From positions 248,001 through 312,000 of the forward strand of contig NIVC01000587.1 of NCBI GenBank assembly GCA_002269645.1: a DNA stretch of 64,000 nucleotides. Direction: 5' to 3'. Positions 13,222-28,220 of this stretch are shown here, piece after piece (the first letter of the stretch is position 1; each line of letters starts with the position of its first letter). This DNA comes from Macrostomum lignano. Lineage: Eukaryota. The notes below the pieces were generated by a model. The model was not told the DNA's origin. It saw nothing but the letters and a program-made list of their open reading frames with translations, and made no database searches. Position numbers and translations under genes: made by a program.

Positions 13222-13585
13222 GGCTACCGGATATTTCCCCTCCGTGGCATGAACGGAGGGGAAGACATTGACTTTAGGGATTAGGGATCACTCTTGGTTC
13301 CGTCCCCATCTAATCAGCCACTGTCATCAAGGGGAAATGCCGGAGGGGATCTGTCATCAAGGGGAAACGCCGGAGGGGATCTGTCATCAAGGGGAAACGT
13401 CGGAGGGATCTGTCATCAAGGGGAAACGTCGGAGGGATCTGTCATCAAGGGGAAACGTCGGAGGGATCTGTCATCAAGGGGAAACGCCGGAGGGGATCTT
13501 CATCAAGGGGAAACGCCAGAGAGGAAGTGCCGGAGGGGATCTGTCATCAAGGGAAAACGCCGGGGGTGGGTAATATCCGTAAGCC
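13222..13585. mobile_element. TIR-bounded non-autonomous element with internal hairpin and a 29-30 bp tandem array
   Basis: Starts GGCTACCGGATATT and ends AATATCCGTAAGCC (12/14 inverted). Perfect 11-bp hairpin arms at 13235-13245 and 13253-13263. Internal repeats GGGGATCTGTCATCAAGGGGAAACGCCGGA at about 13320-13560. No TSD recognised. Confidence 0.5.
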
Positions 13586-13812
13586 ATAAAGATGTATCGT
13601 CCCAAGGTAATATTATGGTGATTCAAATTAATATTAATCGGATTTTTAATGAACCCTTTCGTTTCCTATAAAAACATTGACAAACCCGTTTAAATTAAAT
13701 TCTCTGTACAAGAAAACAGTGGATTTTCCACACTGAATATTTTGTCAGCTAAAGTAAGCAAACACGCGTCGCTCTTCGCGTGGAAGCAAAGTGACGAGCA
13801 AAAATCCCGAGC

Positions 13813-17072
<3,260 letters not shown>

Positions 17073-17286
17073 GCTGCTGCTTCTGCGTTTATGCCGCAGT
17101 TTCTTTCCCAACTGGAACTGGAGCTTCTTCTCTCGCCCTGCCTCAGAGCTCATGCATTTCAAGGGGCCGGCCTTGCTCTCAGTCCGGATGCAGAACTGGG
17201 AGAGAGAGAGAGACTGGACGCCGGTGCACGTACAGGGGTATAGGCGTGGGGTTTAGCACACAAAGACGCGCCTTTCTATCTGATTT

Positions 17287-17434
17287 GTTGCCCCTGGCAA
17301 CCATTCAGTTTAACTACCAGAAATGGGGAGCGCTCAAGGCCCAAGGCTATTGACAAAAATTATTCTCGGAGATGGCGGGTACAGTGCGGCTTTGAGGTTG
17401 CTTGGCAACCGATTGTGTGCATCACGTTGCTAAG
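17287..17434. promoter_or_regulatory. RFX X-box motifs upstream of the CAP-like gene
   Basis: GTTGCCCCTGGCAAC (17287-17301) matches GTNRCC(N0-3)RGYAAC. GTTGCTTGGCAAC (17397-17409) is a near match. Half site GTTGCTAAG (17426-17434). They lie 215-360 bp upstream of the ATG at 17072. Confidence 0.6.
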
Positions 17435-17659
17435 TGCAGCTTTTTCACTGAGCTAAGAGGCCACTGGGATGCAGATAGTTGTCAGCGATTTCAGGCTATT
17501 GCAGCCGGAGTTTGCCTGTGTGTGCTTTTTTATCTAATTAGATACCCAATTTAGCAGTCTTGAGCAGCAGTGGGGGCGAACCCCGTGTGCAAAGATGAAG
17601 CTTGCGTCTTCCCTATTTACACTGAGCCCTGCAAGCCAGTCATGCTCAAGAATAAATAT

Positions 17660-18002
17660 GCCTGTCACTCTCCATTCCCGATAAGCGCCTGTCACTCTCC
17701 ATTCCCGATAAGCGCCTGTCACTCTCCATTCCCGATAAGCGCCTGTGACAGGAGTGACTCTCCATTCCCAACAAGCGCCTGTCACTTTCCATTCCCAACA
17801 AGCGCCTGTCACTCTCCATTCCCAACAAGCGCCTGTCACTCTCCATTCCCGATAAGTGCCTGTCACTCTCCATTCCCGATAAGCGCCTGTCACTCTTCAT
17901 TTCCAATAAGTGCCTGTCACTCTCCGTTTTCAACAAGCGCCTGTCACTCTCCATTCCCAACAAGCGCCTGTCACTCTCCATTCCCGATAAGCGCCTGTCA
18001 CT
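17660..18002. repeat. 27-bp minisatellite
   Basis: Unit GCCTGTCACTCTCCATTCCCRAYAAGC, about 12 copies. Confidence 0.9.
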
Positions 18003-18593
18003 CTTTAACTTTCCTAAAGCACCCGCTGCTTTAAATATTTCGGTATATTCGTATTGTCTAGCGTTATAAAAAATAAATGAAGACACATTGGATGCTACTA
18101 ATAGTAATTGCGCTAGCCAGTACGCTCGTAATCAAACTAAAGTGTAAGTTCATAGAATTCAAAGAGCAGCAGAGGCGGCGGCGACCGATTAACCCAGAAT
18201 TTTCTGACAAAAAACAGCCTTTTCGTTGGCAGAAATTTGTCGATAAGGCGAACAGAGTTTGCCTTAGCAGTCGGCCTCCAATATGGGCAAATAAATTGAA
18301 TCGCTGCAGCGCTCTTTGATAAGTGCGTTCAGCTCCCAAACTAGTCGGCCGCTTCCAAACTGAGTGCCGTGCTCAACGCATCCCAGCAACATGCGCGACA
18401 ACATTTTCCAGCTGATTGACCGCGCAGAAGCCTCCTTGCGCCCTATGACTTGATTACCGCAATGGGATAAATAAGTGCTTGGCTATCGACCCGTCGTGGC
18501 GTCTCTTTTCCTCCATCCTTTTATTCGGTTTCGCGGGCCACTTTGCGTGACCGCTTTTCCTGAGGGCCCAGTTTTGACTCTCTCGTGCATGGT

Positions 18594-19575
18594 CTGTCTC
18601 TTCTGCCTCCTCTCCCCTCTCTTCTGCCTCCTCTCCCCTCTCTTCTGCCTCCTCTCCCCTCTCTTCTGCCTCCTCTCCCCTCTCTTCTGCCTCCTCTCCC
18701 CTCTCTTCTGCCTCCTCTCCCCTCTCTTCTGCCTCCTCTCCCTTCTCTTCTGCCTCCTCTCCCCTCTCTTCTGCCTCCTCTCCCCTCTCTTCTGCCTCCT
18801 CTCCCCTCTCTTCTGCCTCCTCTCCCCTCTCTTCTGCCTCCTCTCCCCTCTCTTCTGCCTCCTCCTCTCCCCTCTCTTCTGCCTCCTCCTCTCCCCTCTC
18901 TTCTGCCTCCTCTCCCCTCTCTTCTGCCTCCTCCTCTCCCCTCTCTTCTGCCTCCTCCTCTCCCCTCTCTTCTGCCTCCTCTCCCCTCTCTTCTGCCTCC
19001 TCTCCCCTCTCTTCTGCCTCCTCTCCCCTCTCTTCTGCCTCCTCTCCCCTCTCTTCTGCCTCCTCTCCCTTCTCTTCTGCCTCCTCTCCCTTCTCTTCTG
19101 CCTCCTCCTCTCCCCTCTCTTCTGCCTCCTCTCCCTTCTCTTCTGCCTCCTCCTCTCCCCTCTCTTCTGCCTCCTCCTCTCCCCTCTCTTCTGCCTCCTC
19201 TCCCCTCTCTTCTGCCTCCTCTCCCCTCTCTTCTGCCTCCTCCTCTCCCCTCTCTTCTGCCTCCTCCTCTCCCCTCTCTTCTGCCTCCTCCTCTCCCCTC
19301 TTCTGCCTCCTCTCCCCTCTCTTCTGCCTCCTCTCCCCTCTCTTCTGCCTCCTCCTCTCCCCTCTCTTCTGCCTCCTCTCCCCTCTCTTCTGCCTCCTCC
19401 TCTCCCTCTCTTCTGCCTCCTCCTCTCCCTCTCTTCTGCCTCCTCCTCTCCCCTCTTCTGCCTCCTCTCCCCTCTCTTCTGCCTCCTCTCCCCTCTCTTC
19501 TGCCTCCTCTCCCCTCTCTTCTGCCTCCTCTCCCCTCTCTTCTGCCTCCTCTCCCCTCTCTTCTGCCTCCTCTCC
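18594..19575. repeat. 21/24-bp pyrimidine-rich minisatellite
   Basis: Unit CTCTTCTGCCTCCTCTCCCCT; source of the (EEAEERG)n and (LLPPLPS)n ORFs. Confidence 0.95.
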
Positions 19576-20254
19576 CCTCTCTATATCTCTCTCAGTTTCA
19601 ACTACTGAAAGTGTCAAATAGTATTTAAAAAGTTGTTAGTCCCTAATAATCCAGTAAAACTGTTGCATTACAGCCAAAGCAAATTCCGAGTAAGTCTTTT
19701 ATTGTGTATCAGTGCTCACAGCACAGTGTTCAATACAAACAGAGCACAGGCTCATTATGCCTCCATTCTGGCGCCCACACTCTCAAAGCAGTACGGAAAT
19801 ACGTGTACACAGGGTGACGGAAGCGGAACGTGTGGGGAGGGGGGGGGGTTCGATCTAATTATGAATACATTGTCAGGGGCTAGCTGAAGAGTGCCTCATA
19901 ATACTTTGAGAGATACACAGTGGGAAGAGAAGTGCGGACTTAAGAGGCGACCTACAGGGAAGCATCATCAAAGAGGGGCTTGAGGGTGGCTATCAAAGCG
20001 AACTCAGTAAGCCATATGAGTTTCTGAGGCCCATCGCTCCTGCTTTCCCTTTTCTCTCCTTGGGAATGAATTCCACATTTGTTCCATAATCTCCCTGATC
20101 AAAGCCTGAGCTGGTAGCATCGGTTTAATCGCCCACTAGCTTAGGCTGTTATTCAAACCTGCACCTTTGCTTGTTTATGCCTTGCGCATTTATATATATG
20201 ATGTGAACCTTTCACTGTTGCTTTTGCTTGCCTGAATTGTATTTTTTTGGAGAC

Positions 20255-21170
20255 GGCAACAGATCTCGGAGTGACGGGAATATATTCTACAGAGATGAGA
20301 ATAGATCTTACAGAGATGGGTATAGATCTTACAGAGATGGGAACAGATCTTACAGAGATGGGTATAGATCTTACAGAGATGAGAACAGATCTTACAGAGA
20401 TGGGTATAGATCTTACAGAGATGGGTATAGATCTTACAGAGATGAGAATAGATCTTACAGAGATGGGTATAGATCTTACAGAGATGGGAACAGATCTTAC
20501 AGAGATGGGTATAGATCTTACAGAGATGAGAACAGATCTTACAGAGATGGGTATAGATCTTACAGAGATGGATATAGATCTTACAGAGATGGATATAGAT
20601 CTTACAGAGATGAGAATAGATCTTACAGAGATGGGTATAGATCTTGCAGAGATGAGAATAGATCTTACAGAAATGAGAATAGATTTTACAGAGATGAGAA
20701 TAGATCTTACAGAGATGAGAATAGATCTCAGAGTGACGGGAATAGATCCTACAGAGATGAGAACAGATCGTACAGAGATGGGTATAGATCTTACAGAGAT
20801 GAGAATAGATATTACACAGATTAGAATAGATTTTACAGAGATGAGAATAGATCTTACAGAGATGGGAATATATCTTACAGAAATGAAAAATGATCTTACA
20901 GAGATGGGAATAGATCTTACAGAGATGGGAATATATTTTACAGAGACGAGAACAGATCCTACAGAGATGGGAATAGATCTTACAGAGATGGGTATAGATC
21001 TTACAGAAATGAGAATAGATTTTACAGAGATGAGAATAGATCTTACAGAGATGGGAATAGATCTTACAGAGATGGGAATAGATCTTACAGAAATGAGAAT
21101 ATATTTTACAGAGATGAGAATAGATCTTACAGAGATGGGAATAGATCTTACAAAAATGGAAATAGAACTA
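20255..21170. repeat. 21-bp minisatellite
   Basis: Unit ATAGATCTTACAGAGATGGGA with variants. Confidence 0.95.
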
Positions 21171-21552
21171 TGGGGAATTAGAAAGGCAGATCTGAAATAT
21201 ATTGTGAGGATATAAAGAGAGGGGAGAGGTTTGGTAGAGCAGACCCCAGACCCTAGCAACTAAAATTCGAAGTTATAGAGTTGAATTATTACGGTTACTC
21301 AAAGCTGATTCGATGCAAAAATGCTCACTTAATGACAATTGCTCATGCGATTACTCGTAAAACGATGGCTCGAACTTGCGTATCCATGCGCCAATGTATC
21401 AGTGCTTTAAGCATTCAAACTGATTCAATGCAAGCGTGCACTCAGACCTCGCTTTTAAGTAATGATGAGGATTTTATTTCCAGCAGCGGATTAAAATTAA
21501 ATTGTTCCAGATTCTAGCTCAGCTAGATGAAGCGCTCTAAAAAACTGATCAA

Positions 21553-21584
<32 letters not shown>

Positions 21585-21814
21585 CCCCTCTTTCTGCCTC
21601 CCCCGCTATCTTCTACAAAAGATAATTTATAAGCATATTTAGACCAACAGCATCTAAATTATGGAATTGTTCCAATTTTTTGCCCAATTATAAATGCATC
21701 ACCGATATATAAGCCTCAGGATTTCAGCTCGTAAGCCCTAATTTTATGAGATAGAGTATACACTCCCATCCAAGTTGAAAATGATGAACTATTGAACTTT
21801 TAAAGAGTTTTGAG

Positions 21815-22500
21815 CTTGTGAAGATTCGAGTGTGTGAATATTCGAGTCTGTGAAGTTTCGAGTCTGTGAAGTTTCGAGTCTGTGAAGATTCAAGTCTGTG
21901 AAGATTCGAGTCTGTGAAGATTCGATTATTTGAATATTCAATTCTGTGAAGATTCGAGTCTGTGAATATTCGATTCTGTGAATATTCGATTCTGTGAAGA
22001 TTCGATTCTGTGAAGATTCGATTCTGTGAAGATTCAATTCTGTGAACATTCGAGTCTGTGAATATTCGATTATGTGAATATTCGATTCTGTGAATATTCG
22101 ATTCTGTGAACATTCGAGTCTGTGAAGTTTCGAGTCTGTGAAGATTCGAATCTGTGAAAATTCGATTATGTGAATATTCGATTTTGTGAAGATTCGAGTC
22201 TGTGAATATTCGATTATGTGAATATTCGATTCTGTGAAGATTCGAATCTGTGAAAATTCGATTATGTGAATATTCGATTTTGTGAAGATTCAAGTGTGTG
22301 AATATTCGAGTCTGTGAAGTTTCGAGTCTGTGAAGATTCAAGTCTGTGAAGATTCGAGTCTGTGAAGTTTCGAGTCTGTGAAAATTCGAGTCTGTGAAGA
22401 TTCGAGTCTGTGAAGATTCGAGTCTGTGAAGATTCGATTCTGTGAAGATTCGAGTCTGTGAAGATTTGAGTCTGTGAAGATTCGAGTCTGTGAAAATTCC
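21815..22500. repeat. 16-bp minisatellite
   Basis: Unit GATTCGAGTCTGTGAA with variants. Confidence 0.95.
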
Positions 22501-22939
22501 ACCAAATGAATGAATTTGGTGGCCCGAGAGTCAGACGCGTTCACCGCGGAGCTGCTCTGCTCCCACCTGATGAAGGAAACTTTGTAAATTTGTAAACTTT
22601 GTAACAGTGGGGATTGTTGCAGTTATTTTTTTCGCGAAAGGGAGGCGGCAGATGACTTTTAAAGCGAACAAAAAAATCAGTAACTGATTACCTGACATCG
22701 AAGGCGATTTTGTACAACAGAATAAATATTTGCTAAATTGTTTTAGCGATAGCGATAGATTGCGTTTAAATTGGCGCCAAAATTTGACTGGAAATAGCTT
22801 TGCTCAGATGCGAAATTCGGTGCACATTTCTCAAGAAAATTATCAAGCAGAAGAAGTAAAAAGGATCAGTTTATCTCTAACGCTTTCAAGTCGATTTCAA
22901 TCGGAAATATTCAACTTAGTCTAGGTAGTCTAGGTACCC

Positions 22940-23235
22940 CATTGACTAGACTAGCAATCCATTGTACCCTATTGGCTAGACTAGCAATCCATTGTACCCT
23001 ATTGGCTAGACTAGCAATCCATTGTACCCTATTGGCTAGACTAGCAATCCATTGTACCCTATTGGCTAGACTAGCAATCCATTGTACCCTATTGGCTAGA
23101 CTAGCAATCCATTGTACCCTATTGGCTAGACTAGCAATCCATTGTACCCTATTGGCTAGACTAGCAATCCATTGTACCCTATTGGCTAGACTAGCAATCC
23201 ATTGTACTCCATTGGCCCTACTAGCAATCGATTGT
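22940..23235. repeat. 30-bp minisatellite immediately downstream of the PPEF stop codon
   Basis: Unit GGCTAGACTAGCAATCCATTGTACCCTATT, about 9 copies. Confidence 0.95.
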
Positions 23236-23249
23236 ACTTTCCCGCCACT

Positions 23250-26200
23250 TCACTGCTTCGGGGCGCCCAGCGCAGCCGCAGTTCCAACCAGCCGCACAGT
23301 CTGATTGTCAACAATGCGAAACGCCTCCAAGAACTCGTTGAAATCGATGTACCCGTCGTTGTTGAGGTCCATCGCTTTGGCCATCGCTTCGACTTCGGCG
23401 TCGGCCATTTGGCGACCGGTGGCTTCGCTCAGGACGCGGCAGGAGTCGCGGAATTCCTCCAGGCTGATGTGGCCGCTGCTGTCCTTGTCCATGATGCGGA
23501 AGATGGTCTCCAGCTCCTCCTTGTTCTTGTACACCGCCTCGGTGAGCGAAGCGGCCACCTCCTTGGTGCCGGCGAGGCGGCCAGCGTCGAGGGCGACCCG
23601 CTCGAAGCAGGTCATGTACAGCAGCCGGCCGCTCTTGTCTAACTCGGCCAGGTGCGGCCGCAGAGTCCGCCAGGGCAGGTCAAGTCTGAGGGTCTCGTCC
23701 ATGGCCTGGGTGGGTGAAGGAAAATTACCGATGTATGCGTGTGTTCCCGTGATGCTGGTTGATGTAGCGTGTGTTCCCGTGATGCTGGCTGATGTATGCG
23801 TGTGTTCCCGTGATGCTGATTGATGTATGCGTGTGTTCCCGTGATGCTGGCTGATGTATGCGTGTGTTCCCGTGATGCTGGCTGATGTATGCGTGTGTTC
23901 CCGTGATGCTGATTGATGTATGCGTGTGTTCCCGTGATGCTGATTGATGTATGCGTGTGTTCCCGTGATGCTGGCTGATGTATGCGTGTGTTCCCGTGAT
24001 GCTGGCTGATGTATGCGTGTGTTCCCGTGATGCTGGCTGATGTATGTGTGTGTTCCCGTGATGCTGGCTGATGTATGCGTGTGTTCCCGTGATGCTGATT
24101 GATGTATGCGTGTGTTCCCGTGATGCTGATTGATGTATGCGTGTGTTCCCGTGATGCTGGCTGATGTATGCGTGTGTTCCCGTGATGCTGGCTGATGTAT
24201 GCGTGTGTTCCCGTGATGCTGGCTGATCTATGTGTGTGTTCCCGTGATGCTGGCTGATGTATGCGTGTGTTCCCGTGATGCTGATTGATGTATGCGTGAG
24301 TTCCTGTAATGCTGGTTGATCTATGTGTGTATTCCCGTGATGCTGGCTGATGTATGCGTGTGTTCCCGTGATGCTGGCTGATGTATGCGTGTGTTCCCGT
24401 GATGCGGATTGATGTATGCGTGTGTTCCCGTGATGCTGGCTGATGTATGCGTGTGTTCCCGTGATGCGGATTGATGTATGCGTGAGTTCCTGTAATGCTG
24501 GTTGATCTATGTGTGTGTTCCCGTGATGCTGGCTGATGTATGCGTGTGTTCCCGTGATGCTGGCTGATGTATGCGTGAGTTCCTGTAATGCTGGTTGATC
24601 TATGTGTGTGTTCCCGTGATGCTGGCTGATGTATGCGTGTGTTCCCGTGATGCTGATTGATGTATGCGTGAGTTCCTGTAATGCTGGTTGATCTATGTGT
24701 GTGTTCCCGTGATGCTGGCTGATGTATGCGTGTGTTCCCGTGATGCTGATTGATGTATGCGTGAGTTCCTGTAATGCTGGTTGATCTATGTGTGTGTTCC
24801 CATGATGCTGGCTGATGTATGCGTGTGTTCCCGTGATGCTGGCTGATGTATGCGTGTGTTCCCGTGATGCTGGCTGATGTATGCGTGTGTTCCCGTGATG
24901 CTGGCTGATGTATGCGTGTGTTCCTATGATTCTGGCCGAGAGGCACATTCTCAAGCAATATGAAGCGGAGAGGCAGATTCTCAAGCAATATGAAGCGGAG
25001 AGGCAGATTCTCAAGGCCTGATGAAGCGGAGAGGCAGATTCTCAAGGCCTGATGAAGCGGAGAGGCAGATTCTCAAGCACTGAAGAAGCGGAGAGTCAGA
25101 TTCTCAAGCCCTGATGAAGCGGAGAGTCAGGTTCCCAGGTGATTTCCCGGAACCCGCCGGCCCACCTGGCACCAATCGGCCAGCCGTATCGCTCCAGTTC
25201 TGCCAGGATCCAGTCGCTGAAATGCAGCAAGCAACTCGGTCTTCGAGGCCAGCACGCGAGCCCTGAGTCCCTTCAACGCGCCCTCCTCCACGGTGGAGAG
25301 GCGCCTGCCAACCGGCAGCCTCCTGGAGCGGCTGGCCATGTACTGGACGATGTGCGGCTTGCCGGAGCTGTCGAATTTCACGTAGGCGCCCCTGTTGCTG
25401 CCCTCTTCGTAGTAATTGGAGGCCGAGAACACTGTGAGCACAGCTCCGTCATGGCAGAACTCATAGCCATCCTGCTTGCACTCGTGCGATCTGACCAGCA
25501 GAGTCAGCTTGTTCTTGCGCAGGAAGCTCTCAGTGACGTCCGGGCCGAAGTAGCAGCCGCCGCCTCTGAACGTGTTGGGCCGGCAGCCCGCCTGCGGCTT
25601 TGGATCGCTCCATAGCAGGTCCAGTACCTGCCGCCACTCCAGGTAGTCCACTTTCTCACCATCGTTTCCAGGCGGTCTCAGGGCCGACAGGTATCTGTGC
25701 CGGTCTAGCCTGCGGAGCAACTCCAAGTCCAGCTTGTCGGAAATACCGCCGTGGGCGACCAGGATGCGATCATCTATCAGCTGCGATGGGGGCGGCGTGG
25801 AGAGGTCGGGTTTTGCTCACTCTGGTGCCGACATGGTATCACGATTCTCACTGTCTCAGTCCCACAGTCCCACAGTCCCACGAGTCCCATAGTCCCACAG
25901 TCCTACAGTCCCGCAGTCCTACAGTCTCACAGTCCCACAGTCCCACAGTCCCACAGTCCCACAGTCCCACAGTCCCACAGTCCCACAGTCCTACAGTCCC
26001 ACAGTCCCACAGTCCCACAGTCCCACAGTCCCACAGTCCCACAGTCCCACAGTCCCACAGTCCCACAGTCCCAGTCCCACAGTCCCACAGTCCCACAGTC
26101 CCACAGTCCCACAGTCCCACAGTTCCACAGTCCCAGTCCCACAGTTCCACAGTCCCAGTCCCACAGTCCCACAGTCCCACAGTCCCACAGTCCCACAGTT

Positions 26201-27471
26201 CCACAGTCCCAGTCCCACAGTCCCACAGTCCCAGTCCCACAGTACCACAGTCCCAGTCCCACAGTTCTACAGTCCCAGTCCCACAGTCCCACAGTCCCAG
26301 TCCCACAGTCCCACAGTCCCAGTCCCACAGTACCACAGTCCCAGTCCCACAGTTCTACAGTCCCAGTCCCACAGTCCCACAGTCCCAGTCCCACAGTCCC
26401 ACAGTCCCAGTCCCACAGTCCCACAGTCCCACAGTCCCACTGTCCCACTGTCCCACAGTCCCACAGTCCCACAGTCCCACAGTCCCACAGTCCCACAGTC
26501 CCACAGTCCCACAGTCCCACAGTCCCACAGTCCCACAGTCCCACCGTAGCCAGCGGCATCCAGGCGAACACCTCGGCAAACAGTTTGACAATCTTGCTGG
26601 CCGAATGCCTGTACTTTGTCTGCACCTCCTTGATGAAGCCGTAGCGGCAGTTCATCACGTGATCCTCGTGGTTGCCCCGGTTGACGCAGACGGCCGTCGG
26701 CCACACCAGCTGGCAGGCGAACAGCAGCGCAGCCACTTCAACTGAGTTGGCGCCGCGGTCGACAAAGTCTCCGTTGAACACGTACGGGTTGGTGATGTCC
26801 GGCAGGCCGTTCTTGTAGAACACTATCAGCAGGTCATCCAGCTTGCCGTGCAGGTCGCCGATGACCGTGACCTGCTTGGAGATGCTGGTGCTGGCCGAGT
26901 GCACGTTAGGCTTGGCGCGCAGGGCCAGCCGAGTCTCGTGCAGCAGCTGCAGCAGGTAGCGCGGATGCAGCTGGCCGCCCTGCCGGAAGCTGTCAATCAT
27001 CAGCTGCACGTGGCTGGCGCTCAACGGGAAGGTGAGGTGCGGGCCTCGGTAGCTCTTCTCAACCGACAGGTCGGCGAAGCTGGTCAGGTCGAGCAGCTCG
27101 CGATCCTCCTCCTCCTGGCTGAGTTGCCGGAGCCGCTCGGTGAAGCGTCGGTGCCCAACGACGCAGGTTTTCAGCGGCTCCGCGGCGGCTGCTCCCGACG
27201 GGTGGCCACCGCCGCCGACTCCGGTCAGGCTGAGCATGTCGTTGAAGAAATTGTACAGGTGCAGCTGGCTGGACTCGCTGGAGTACTCGATGCTCTGGTA
27301 GATCATCCAGGTGGTGCGCCGCCTGGCCTCCAGCCGGGCCTTGTACCGGCGGTACCACTTCTGGATGAGCACCGCCGACCTGATGCTGATCTCGCCAGCC
27401 GAGGCCGCGTCCTTCTCTTTGCTGTCGCCGCTCGCCGAAGCGTCGTCGCTTGACGACGGGCCGCAGCCCAT
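23250..27471 (-). CDS. PPEF: Ser/Thr protein phosphatase with EF-hands (PPEF / rdgC family), 3 exons, 665 aa
   Basis: Exons 27471-26545, 25780-25166, 23705-23250, all phase 0. MGCGPSS acylation start. IQ motif [22 protein letters not shown] motifs [39 protein letters not shown] hands [13 protein letters not shown] and [13 protein letters not shown]. Confidence 0.95.
23730..25130. repeat. Two minisatellites filling PPEF intron 2 (31 bp, about 39 copies; 30 bp, about 6 copies)
   Basis: GATGTATGCGTGTGTTCCCGTGATGCTGGCT (23730-24930) and TCTCAAGCAATATGAAGCGGAGAGGCAGAT-type units (24947-25130). Confidence 0.95.
25855..26544. repeat. 8-bp (GTGGGACT)n array filling PPEF intron 1 from the donor GT
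   Basis: Sense strand reads ACG|GTGGGACTGTGGGACT..., with 6-bp GGGACT variants. Confidence 0.95.
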
Positions 27472-27925
27472 GCCGCCGGTGCGCAAGCGGATGCCGCTGG
27501 CCCAGCTGCTGCTGCGGTTGCTGCTCTTCGACCTGGCGTTAGCCGCCGTCGTCGCCGCCGCCGCTGCGCTGTTGGCGTTGCGTTTCTCCGATCGGGACTT
27601 CAATAGTCTGAATTGAAAGTCCGGATGGGTGAGGAGATGACGCGGCGCTTTAGGCTGAAAATTTCCCCAAAACTGGGCTAATTTTCCCCGACACTTTTTT
27701 CTCTCACTAATATAGTTTCCCAAAGTGTTGGAGGCGACAAACTAAATGAGGTGGGTGGACCGGTTTTAGATTGGACAGCTCTCTTCCCCTCTCTGTACGT
27801 AAGTCCCTCAGTTGCTAATGCCCGTATCTGAGCAGGCACTATTCGGTAACCTATGGGATTTCGGATTGCGAACTCTCTTGCCACTGAATGAAGAATCTAC
27901 CGCTAGACTGCTGGTGCATTTAGAA

Positions 27926-28220
27926 CAGGGGTCGGCTAACTATGATCGCGGGCCAGAGGGAGGAGACAGGGGTGTGGAGACGAGGAGAGGAGAGAGGAGG
28001 GGAAAGAGGACAGAGGGGAGAGCGGAGATGAGAGTAGAGAGGAGGGAAGGGGATAGAACTAGGAAGGGAGATGAGGGGAGAGAAGAGAGAGGGAAGATGA
28101 GAAAGGAAAGGAGATTAGAGAAAGAGAGCTGAGAGAAGACACAAACCTTGAGCGGGGCCGGATTGCTATTGTGAAGTTTCAAAGGACCCGAGGGCCGGAT
28201 AGAGAGGCTTTGCGGGCTTT
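27926..28220 (+). mobile_element. hAT (Charlie-like) MITE copy 2 with GA-rich core
   Basis: Starts CAGGGGTCGGCTAACT...CGCGGGCCA after ATTTAGAA. Shares 28176-28203 with 2595-2622. The 3' end appears truncated. Confidence 0.55.

Noticed and set aside
18077-18319. 80-aa ORF with a hydrophobic N-terminus (possible secreted peptide)
   Set aside because: No recognisable family or processing pattern, low coding-like composition, and no supporting splice or poly(A) evidence.
27472-27723. N-terminal extension of PPEF shown in the ORF track
   Set aside because: It starts at TTG with no ATG, and PPEF-family proteins begin with the MG-C/S acylation motif found at 27471.
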